From the NCBI RefSeq assembly GCF_006345805.1, contig NC_043005.1, forward strand, positions 3,224,001 to 3,288,000: 64,000 nucleotides of DNA, given 5' to 3'. Below the pieces are notes generated by a model, which was not told the DNA's origin, made no database searches, and saw only the letters and a program-made list of their open reading frames with translations. Positions 52,343 through 62,157 of this stretch are shown piece after piece. The position numbers were made by a program, and so were the translations under genes. Within the stretch, counting starts at the first letter, position 1. Every line of letters starts with the position of its first letter. Origin of the DNA: Octopus sinensis (lineage: Eukaryota).

Positions 52343-52870
52343 CAGTACATCTGACCTCATTTTTAAAACCCCTTCTTTCTACTTCATTCCTATCAACACC
52401 CTCTCCTCCCCAACGATGTTACACTCACAACAACAACAGCAACAACGACTACACGCCATGCCCTCCACCTCCATCTCCCCTCTTACAAAACAGCTTCTGA
52501 CCTGGTTTATTTACTTTTCCTCCTCCTCCTCCTCCTCCCCTCAAACACCGACCTACTTACAAACGTGTTTTCCCCACACTTGCTCGACTTTGCTTGTTGT
52601 TGCTCTTGTTCTTAATTGTTCTCGGTTGCTATTAGTGATGATGATGATGATGATGAGGATGATGGTGGTGGTGGTGGTGATCGTGGTGGTAGTGGTGATC
52701 GTGGTCGTCGTGGTCGTGGTGGTAATGTTGGTGGTAGTGGTGGTGGTGGTGATATTGGTGGTGGTAGTGTTGGTGGTGGTCGTGGTCGTGGTCGTGGTGG
52801 TCGTTGTGGTGGCGGTGGTGGTGGTGGTGGTGGTGGTAGTGTAGTTGCTGCTGTTGTTGTAATGTTGGTG
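52200..52870. repeat. Compound microsatellites (CAC)n, (CT)n, (GAT)n, (GGT)n
   Basis: Direct reading; source of poly-H/V/G pseudo-ORFs. Confidence 0.95.
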
Positions 52871-53408
52871 CTGAAGTGGGGGGGGTTGTTCGTTTTGGCT
52901 GCTTTTTTTGGTTGTTGTTGTTCAAGTGGCTATCGTTGTTTAGCCCCAGGCCAGCATTAACTGAGCAGACCTATGATCAACGACCTGCAAACCATGACCA
53001 CCTTTAACTTTAGATCAGGGACAATATTATCAGGGGCCAATTTTCAGACTAGACATCAGACTTTCTTTGGAAATGAAAAGGGTAGTGAATTAGAGAGGCA
53101 AAAATGTTTTAAAACTTGAAATTTTGGGACGAAAAATTCCTTCAGAGTCATAAATCCAGTTTGTTGCACTTTTCCTCCCCCATTTGTGGTAGTGGTAGTT
53201 ATTCTGAAAATCCACATTAAAGGCTGTGATAGTGTGATACAATTTTAGGAAAATTAGCTGCTATTTCTTCTGGGTCGTGTGGCCAAATAGAGCAGTTGTT
53301 TCACAGAAGAATTAAACCGCCCCTTATAGAGGGGTGTTAAAAGCCATGAAGTGACCGGTGAATAAAATTATATTAAAGAGTCTCCTTTAAGTTGTGTTCT
53401 TAAATCAT

Positions 53409-53463
53409 TATTGTCATTTCCGGTACATCTTGGTTATATCGGAAGTGACAATAACGCATGCGC
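53409..53463. promoter_or_regulatory. ETS/GABP-like pair plus NRF1-like motif
   Basis: TTTCCGG and CGGAAGTG within a hairpin TATTGTCATTTCCG..CGGAAGTGACAATA, followed by ACGCATGCGC (53454-53463); second ACGCATGCGC at 54857-54866. Confidence 0.4.
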
Positions 53464-53558
53464 CCAAATACTAAAATCGACATCTGAGAGGAAGAGAAAC
53501 GACTTGACTCTCAGCCGTTGTTTTTCGTTGTGACTGTTATTTTCCCAAGTTTTGCCAG

Positions 53559-53620
53559 AAAGTACTCCGAGCCAATGTCTTTCAGGGTTGAAATACGACA
53601 ACAGCACCAAGAAGAACAAG
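53559..53620 (+). other. Candidate exon (or first exon with ATG at 53575)
   Basis: TTTTGCCAG acceptor, AAG|GTAAAA donor; ATG frame MSFRVEIRQQHQEEQ. Confidence 0.3.
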
Positions 53621-55722
53621 GTAAAAATGCCTTCGGCCATTACTATTTTCGACAGCTCATTTAAAACAAGCGCAGGGGGAACCCAATAAAAAACTATATT
53701 CCTGGATTTTCTTTAAGGTACAATTAAAATAGGAAGAATCAAATTGGCGTCGTATTTAATGTGATCCCTGTTACCGATGATTTTCCTAAAATCGTATCAC
53801 ACTATCACTGCCTTTAATGTGGATTTTCAGAATAACTACCACTACCACAAATGGGGGAGGAAAAGGGCAACAAACTGGATTTATGACTCTGAAGGAATTT
53901 GCAATAGTTGGTTCCGTCTTCGATCAAAGAAGTTGTTACTCTTACACGACCCAACTCTCATTCTTGACCAAAATTTGGGTTCCTGCGATAAAAGTTTTCT
54001 CCGGCAGAAGGGAAGATAAAAAGAACAATGAAATATAGCTCGGCTTCATTCCACAATAAAAGAAACCCCATGATGCAGATTTCACGTAAACCTTCATTTT
54101 CAAAAATCATTTTTACTCAGTCATTTTGTAAATCAATGAAACACTTCTGCTGTTCAATTTCTTTTTTTCTCGATAATTAGGCATCTTCAGTTTAATCAAC
54201 TCATTAACCCTAATCTTAGAATCACCCATTAATTGTTGTAGTAATTAGCAGTAGGTCCCAAGATTATACTTTGGGAGGGTCATTCTGCCAATTATAACGC
54301 ACGCACTGGTTCAATATAGAAAAACGAAATAAAATCTGTAAATAATTGTGAAATGCTTTCCATTGATGAAAACGAGAGAATCGTATAATTTGGTTTGATT
54401 TCTAAAACCTTTGATTGCTTTCTTTGTGCGTCAGATTTATGTTGTTCCGTTGTTGTTACAAATTGATTAGTCATAAATATTTGATAAATAAAAGAAATCT
54501 CCAGGATTGAAGCCAATGTCTTTTACAAGTTGGTTGTGATGATTTATGAACAAAAATTCAATAAATATCATAAAACTAGAAGAATCATTTCAAACAAGTC
54601 TCTTTTGACAGACAACGAACTTCAGAGCGAAGCAGAATGTTTGTAAATGTTTGAGGACTTCAAAGTGAGAGAACAGTGATTTCAAAGTGATTGCTTGAAC
54701 AAAAACTTAAAATCACTTGCATTAATCAACCACGAATATATAATTTATCTTCACACCTTAAAAGAGAAAACAGTCGGAGAATATGATGATATGGAATTAG
54801 AAACAAAACAAAAGCAACAAACACAGTATCGCAGTCGTAGTAAGTTATTTCACGTTACGCATGCGCCAACAACTTTTTACTTATGGTGCAGTTTTTAACC
54901 ATTTAAGAGTGAAATTGTTTTGTTCTGTTTTCTCTAAGCATTTCACAATTAATTGTGGAAGAACTACTTTAGCAATCTTTAAAAACAAAGCAAAATCTCT
55001 ATTTCTTGAGGTGTCGATCGTTAATGCTTCGACAAGCAACATCAAATGGACGAAGAACAAGGAAAAAAACCAGCGCCTAATGTTATTTGCCGTCAACTCA
55101 TAGTTTAATCGTGGATCGAACTACAAGGAGGATCTTACGTAATCCATAGGCATTGAGTTGAAGATAGTAAACGGATTAATTTTAAGCTTTGCGAAGACAG
55201 CAAAACTTATTTAAAGATGGCGGATGTGATGGAAAGATTGATGAGATTTTTGAATGAGTCAATACATAATCCCTCGATTACATCAATCATCTGGCGAAAG
55301 ATGTGGATAAGAGATCGAATTTTCCACAAAACCACTTCTAAGTAATAGTTGCATTTCAAAATCCGTAAATGGCTGATAACAAAGAAAAGCTGGATTTAGA
55401 GGCTAAGGGTAGAAACAGAATGGATCAGATCTTTGCTAGACATAAATTTACCGGTTGGTGTTTGGCAACGGTTATTCTCATTGGAAAATCGATAATTTTT
55501 GTGGATGAACATAGCCTACCCATCATATAACCAGTATCTGTAGCCCCCTTAAGGGACCAGTCCTCAGACAGGTAATGATCTCAATATTATTACTGATATA
55601 TTAAAGATTGCGGAAATGGTTTTCTCAATATTTTATAATTCTATGCATAAAACACAGCGTGGAAACTTTCTTGGCCATTTTTCTGGACATTTTGAAGACT
55701 TGGGATATATTCCCATTTTCGA

Positions 55723-56364
55723 TCAGGCTTGGGATATATTCCCATTTTCGATCGGGCACCTGTTCACCATGGAGTCAAAGTTTCCATTTAAGATGTTTAC
55801 AATCGTAGTTTGAAACGTCTGACGATGTCGTCCCTCGTACTTTATTCCATAAAAGAATGCTTCCCGGGTATTCGCACAGAAATAACAAACAATCCTGCAG
55901 GTGTTACAAAAGCCACAAAGATATTCTCGGAAAAATGATATTGGGTACCAAAACTCTGAAGAAAAGCTGGATAATATTATAACCTTATTAGGAACATTTG
56001 ACTTCGTTGTTTGGTTCATTAGATCCCCCAATGAACCAGACAAGTTCTCATTGTTGAAATTACAAATGGTCTTACAATGTGTTTGTATGTATGGGCGACT
56101 GCTGCTTTCTATAAACAACTTTTCCCGGACTCGTGCCTCGGAGGGGAACTCCCTCGGTACAATCTCATGGTCATTCATGACCGAAGGGGGTCTTCGTAAT
56201 ATGGGGAAGATCTTTTTTTTCTTACATAAATCTTTTTCTGGTGGACGCATTTCGAAATGGCTTTTCTCATTTTGAAGTGGCAGTTTTATTTTGAAATGAT
56301 TAGTCTCACTTTGAAATGACATGTTCTCACTTTCATAAAAGCTGTAATTTTTCCACGTTTTCAC
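55723..56364 (-). CDS. Orphan ORF, 213 codons, unknown product
   Basis: Long stop-free frame in non-microsatellite AT-rich DNA; Cys cluster CGFCNTCRIVCYFC; first in-frame ATG gives MSFQSETNHF; no recognisable domain. Confidence 0.3.
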   Translation of the reverse strand: MKTWKNYSFYESENMSFQSETNHFKIKLPLQNEKSHFEMRPPEKDLCKKKKIFPILRRPPSVMNDHEIVPREFPSEARVREKLFIESSSRPYIQTHCKTICNFNNENLSGSLGDLMNQTTKSNVPNKVIILSSFSSEFWYPISFFREYLCGFCNTCRIVCYFCANTREAFFYGIKYEGRHRQTFQTTIVNILNGNFDSMVNRCPIENGNISQA

Positions 56365-56905
56365 TGTTGTTGTTCACGTAACTAACTGAGTAGCCAAGCG
56401 CTTTAGGCTCCAACTATTTTCTATACATTTTGTTAGCGAGAAAAGCTAACTGAGGCTTGACTCCGAGACTGCTGCTCAGTAAACAATCACTTAATAACAA
56501 AGTATTGACGATGATACAGTGAATTGTGAATAGATTAAATATTTCCTTTCTCCAGTAAGATAGTGGACGACCTGAGCGATTAGTCATAGACACTGCTCCA
56601 CCAGTCACACACAATCAAGGAAATATTGTTCTTTTCAATAGAAATTTCTGATATTTGAAAAATTGCCTGTCCTTCTAAATCTCTTTTCAATGATTTACAG
56701 AAAAGCATTTCTTGATAGATTTTCCTTCGTTTGAAATAAAAACCATGAACAATTCACGGTTTTTATTTTAAAGAAAGCCTCGTTACTTCATTGATTGATT
56801 GAGCTGTATATCTTCCTCGTCTTTTCGACTTCCATAAACAATTGATTTTTCTTTAATTTCGTTAAGATGAGGTATTTTATTATTGAAAGAAGACCATTTT
56901 ATATC

Positions 56906-57327
56906 TATTAATAATTATCGCCAAGCTAATATGGCAGTCCAGAAATGATGCCGTTGATTAGTTCCAAGAGGCCATCGCCTCTAGCTAGCTATGTGACACA
57001 CTAACCTGTGTCCATTACAACCTTCGAACAGGGGAGGTCAGCCGCTTCCCCTTGCTGGTCAGGCATCTGCAGACTAGTAATCTTTCGAACAGACGGTTAG
57101 TAGCGACGCCTGCTCTGCATTGATAAGGGGCAAATACCCTGAAACTAGTCTGCAGATGCCTGACCAGCAAGGGGAAGCTGCTGACCTCCCCTGTTAGAAA
57201 GTTATAATGGACACAGGTTTGTGTGTCACATAGCTAGCTAGAGGCGATGGCCTCTTGGAACTAATCAACGGCAGCATTCGTCCTATATTTCTGGACTGCC
57301 ATGTTAGCTTGGCGATAACTATTAATA
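56906..57327. mobile_element. Foldback element: Penelope-like pseudo-LTR with inverted duplicate
   Basis: Arms 56906-57078 and 57144-57327 (one 11-nt indel, few mismatches), 65-nt loop containing a hammerhead core. Confidence 0.75.
57114..57156 (+). ncRNA. Type I minimal hammerhead ribozyme (U3-A8 variant, GUC site)
   Basis: TCTGCA-TTGATAA-GGGG(CAAATA)CCCT-GAAAC-TA-GTC-TGCAGA: 6-bp stem I, 4-bp stem II, palindromic ACTAGT stem III, predicted cut after 57150. Confidence 0.7.
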
Positions 57328-58151
57328 TCCAGTACCGCTGCCGTAGTCTCTTTTAGAGAGACTTAGAAATATTAATATTTCCATTTTATATCTTTTTTAA
57401 CTTAACTAATTTAAGGACCGCGCAGTAAATATTTCGGAAACTGCGTTTCATTAGTGTCCCTCCAGTTGTGTTATTAGCTATTAGTTACACCTTGTAAGAG
57501 ACAGATGCCAAGTATTGGGTTGTCTCTTTTTTGACACCAACCTAACCGAGACCAACCCTGCTTCTCTGATACAAACTTCCTGTTTTAAGGTCATTCAAAT
57601 TTAAACACCAGCTCAGCAATGACAAGCTTATTTCATTAAATTCTTCATTTTTTTCAAAATTAATTGAAACTAAGGTAATTTACTGACATAACAAGGAATA
57701 TGGTAACACAAGGATTAAATATAGAGAGTCTAAGACGCCTTTCAAAAGCCCGTGGTGGGTGGAGGCGCTTCCTTTTTTAGATGTACTCTTTTAGACGCGA
57801 TGGTTTTATGGCATCATTGGAGATTTTCACAGACAAGACTCTTAGATCACCAATGATCTGAACAAGTGAGATCAATAAATCTATATTGAAAGTATTTTTG
57901 GTGGATGGGGGGAGGGGTCAATGGTTTTCTTGTTAGGACTATTTCAACAGTTTTCGCTCTTGGCTGATTGATCAAAACGGCAAGAAACAACGGAAAATGT
58001 TGAAAGAAACGACTTTAAACGATATTAAAATAGCATTGAATAAAAAAAATCGCTTAAACATCATACATTCATACATGTGTGTCTATGTGTGTGTGTATGT
58101 ATGTATGTATGTATGTATGTATGTATGTATGTATGTATGTATGTATGTATG

Positions 58152-58213
<62 letters not shown>

Positions 58214-58216
58214 AAT

Positions 58217-58560
58217 GCGCAGGAGTGGATGTGTGGTAAGTAGCTTGCTTACCAATCACATGGTTCCGGGTTCACTACCACTGCGTGGCACCTTGGGCAA
58301 GTGACTTCTCCTATAGCCTCAAACCGACCAAAGCCGTGTGAGTGGATTTGTCCCCCGTGTGCCTGTATTTGTCCCCCCCCATCATCGCTTGACAGCCGAT
58401 ATTGGTGTGTTTACGTCCTCGTAACTTAGCGATTCGGCAAAAGTGACCGATAGAATAAGTACTAGGCTTACAAAGAATAAGTCCTGGGGTCGATTTGTTT
58501 GAGTAAAGGCGGTGCTCCAGCATGGCCACAGTCTGAAACAAATAAAAGAATAAAAGAAAG
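58217..58560 (+). mobile_element. SINE family B, near complete
   Basis: GCAGGAGTGGATGTGTGGTAAG head, GCACCTTGGGCAAG core, GCTCCAGCATGGCC tail. Confidence 0.88.
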
Positions 58561-58566
58561 TATATA

Positions 58567-59839
58567 GGAGGGACGTTCAATAAGTAATACCCCTGATCCA
58601 TTTGCAGTTTTTTGATCTAGCTGAAATTTTACATGTGCAATTATTTATATCTCTATAGATTAAGTGGCAAATTACAGCTCTGAACTAATTGTGGTTTCTG
58701 ATTTACAGGTGTTTGAACTGAGTCAAGTGTGAAATGGAGCCTGTTGAGTGTCGAGCAGTGATCCGGTTTTTGTATTTGAAAGGACGCACACCACGGGAGA
58801 CTTTTGATGAAATGAAAGTAACTTATGGTGATGATGCCCCATCATATGACCTTGTAAAACGCTGGCATCGTGAATTCAAACATGGTCGGAACTTTGTGGA
58901 AACAGCTCCCAGGTCTGGTCGTCCACTCTTCTGCCATTGATGAGACATCTGTCCGTCAAGCTGAGGCTGCCGTTTTGGAAGATCGACGCATAACTATTCG
59001 CCAAATAGCCCATGAGGTCAAGATTAGTACCGGGTCTGTGGAAACTATCATTCATGACCATTTGCATATGCAAAAGGTGTCTGCCAGATGGATTCCCAGG
59101 TTGCTCACACCTTTCCAGAAGCAAGAACGCTTCGAGTGCTCGAGGATGAATTTGGAGATGTGCCAAGAAGATGAGTCAGAAATTTTCAAAAGACTGACTA
59201 CACAGGATGAAACCTGGGTCCATCACTATGATCCAGAGACCAAGGCCCAGTCAATGCAGTGGAAGCACCGTGACTCACCTCCTCCAAAGAAGGCAGGGGT
59301 GCAGCCCTCCGCTGGCAAGGTCATGCTCACAGTCTTCTGGGACCAGGACGGAGTAGTGATGACAGATTTCCTGGCAAAGGGTACCACAATTACAGGAGCC
59401 TATTATGCTTCACTTTTGAGGAAATTAAGAGAAGCTATCAAAATCAAGAGGCGGGGCAAGATCAGCGAAGGCATCCTCCTCCTGCAGGACAACGCTCCGG
59501 TCCACAACTCGCGTGTCGCCAGATCAGAAGCACAGGCGTGCGGCTATGAACTCCTCCCCCATCCTCCTACTCTCCTGACCTTGCACCCTCTGATTTTCAC
59601 CTCTTCCCAGCCATGAAGTTGTTTTTGAAAGGAAAGCGTTTCCCAGATGATGCAGCCTTGATTTCTAAAGTCACGTCGTGGTTGGAGGACCAAGCTAGGA
59701 TCCTCTACAAAAACGGTCTGCAGAACTGCATCAAACGATGGGAGAAATGCGTAACTCTGGGTGGTTCCTATGTAGAAAAAGACTAATAACTGTGTCAAGT
59801 TTCGTTGCTCTACTGCTATGGGAAGTGGGTCAGGGGCAT
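58567..59839 (+). mobile_element. Mariner (irritans/Hsmar2-like, DD34D), near full length with two frameshifts
   Basis: Transposase 58734-59786: RSGRP, WIPRLLT, QDETWVHHY, QDNAPVH, YSPDLAPSDF; left TIR GAGGGACGTTCAATAAGTAATACCCCTGA; right TIR truncated by (TA)n. Confidence 0.95.
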
Positions 59840-59847
59840 ATATATAT

Positions 59848-59933
<86 letters not shown>

Positions 59934-60285
59934 AAATCAAATTGCGATAAAATAAAAATAATTATAATCGCTGGTATTACTAACACAAGCCATATATTTT
60001 TCATATATCAGTACATTAAGGCGAAATATGTGCTAGGAATACAGAAGCTTGATAAATTAAGTGAAATGAAGATAAAAACATTTACTAAACCGGTAATTCT
60101 CAGACTGCAGTTTCTTTCTTTTCAGCAATAAAGATAATTTATTTGCCCAGGGAGAATTCTTCAGTGAGACCCTGTTTTTCTGGGATCCTAACTCACTAGA
60201 AGCATGTGCGTCTAATGATTTACTCTCCCTAACTAATCATATCACTGCACAGACTCCGAACGTATATATATATATATATATATAC

Positions 60286-60322
<37 letters not shown>

Positions 60323-60323
60323 C

Positions 60324-60356
<33 letters not shown>

Positions 60357-60413
60357 ATATTATATATTATATATATATTATATATATATATATAATATAT
60401 TATATATACATAT

Positions 60414-60452
<39 letters not shown>

Positions 60453-60462
60453 ATATATATAT

Positions 60463-60499
<37 letters not shown>

Positions 60500-60721
60500 T
60501 GTATGTATGTATAATATATATAAATAGATGAGTGTATTTTTCCCTTGTTAACAATTAACACGAAAAAATATATAAATAGTTACCAGGGTAGCAAAAAATC
60601 ACACAAGTAAAAGGTTGTAACTCCTGGTTTTTAAAGGTAGGAACTTCTGGTTTACGTGGAATTTTTTGTATATAATATATAAATAGATAAATGGAGTTTA
60701 TACATAAATATGTATATACAT

Positions 60722-60800
<79 letters not shown>

Positions 60801-60801
<1 letters not shown>

Positions 60802-62108
60802 TCTGCAATTCCTTGTACATCGGCCAAACGGGACGCCGCTTGGCTGACCGGTTCGCGGAACACCTTCGTGACATCCACCTTGCGAACGACACACCGGTCT
60901 CACGCCATTTCCGCTCCACCGGTCACTCCTTGCAACACCTATCTGTGTTCGGTTTGTCCTTACACAGAGGCCATCCGGATTCCCGTTTGCGCCGTGAACA
61001 GGAATTAATCTTCTCTCTTCGCTCTTATACGCCATTTGGTCTCAACTCTCCCCCCCCTCCTCATCTAACCCCCCTCTCCCCCTCCTCACCTATCCTTTCC
61101 CCCCCGACCCCTACTTCTTCAGTCCTTCATCCTTTCACCCCTACTCCCCTTCCCTTCTTCCCTCTTTCTCCCTCCCTCCTTCCCTCTTCCCCTTCCCTCT
61201 GCTCCCTCACTCCCTCACTCCCCTTCTCTCTCCCCCTCTCCCTCTTTCCTCCTTCCCCCTCCCCCCTCCTCCCCTTCCTTCTCCCCCTCCCCTCTCTCTC
61301 TCCCCCATCCTCTCCTCTTCCCCCTCTCCTCCCTCCTCTCCTCCCTCCTCTCATCCCCCTCTCATCCCCCTCTTCTTCCCCTCCCCTTCTCTCCCCTCCC
61401 CTTATCCCCCTCTTCTCCTCACTACACCACACGACTTTACACATCACATCATATATGATGTGCCATACTAATACATACACCAACTAATACATACTAATAC
61501 GTACTAATACATACTAATACATACACCAACCCTATACATACACACGTCCAGACCCCTCATACGCACTTATACTCTCTCATACACACACACACACTTATAC
61601 ATACTAATACGTACTAATACATACTAATACATACTAATACATACACCAACCCCATACTTACGCACGTCCAGACCATCCTACGCACTAATACTCTCTCATA
61701 CACACACACACACACACACACACCCTTATACATACTAATACATACACCAACCCTATACATACACACGTCCAGACCCCTCCTACGCACTATTAGCTGGTCC
61801 TTCGACCCTATTATCAACCCTATTATCAACCCTATTATCTCCCCTTATTTCGCTCTCGCGTCTCATGTTTGATCTTTGACCTCTGGCCGAAATCAGATCG
61901 CCATGTTGATTCGTTAGCTACTGCACGCATTTTTTTTCTCTCCTTCTTTCTGTGTTTTTTTTCTCTCTGTGTATCTTTCTGTTGAAGAGCGTAGGCTCGA
62001 AACGTTAAAGACTTGTTTTATTTATATTTCCTGAGCGCCATACTAATACAATTGTTCGTTTGTTTTCCACCTGCCTTCGTCTTTTGTCTATTTTCATAAA
62101 GCTTCCCG

Positions 62109-62110
<2 letters not shown>
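60801..62110 (+). mobile_element. 5'-truncated Penelope-like element (GIY-YIG C-terminus, 3' region, pseudo-LTR)
   Basis: YIGQTGRRLADRFAEH..VSRHF..REQELIFSLRSYTPFGLN; pseudo-LTR with hammerhead-like motif at 61974-62011; (TA)n both sides. Confidence 0.9.
61974..62011 (+). ncRNA. Minimal hammerhead-like motif
   Basis: TCTTT-CTGTTGA-A-GAGC(GTAG)GCTC-GAAAC-GTT-AAAGA: 5-bp stem I, 4-bp stem II; A6 replaced by U. Confidence 0.6.
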
Positions 62111-62150
<40 letters not shown>

Positions 62151-62157
62151 TATATAT

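Larger units (their letters stand above)
53134..53900. repeat. 121-bp inverted repeat pair flanking a 525-bp unique spacer
   Basis: 53134-53254 versus 53780-53900, 3 mismatches; no target-site duplication seen. Confidence 0.93.
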
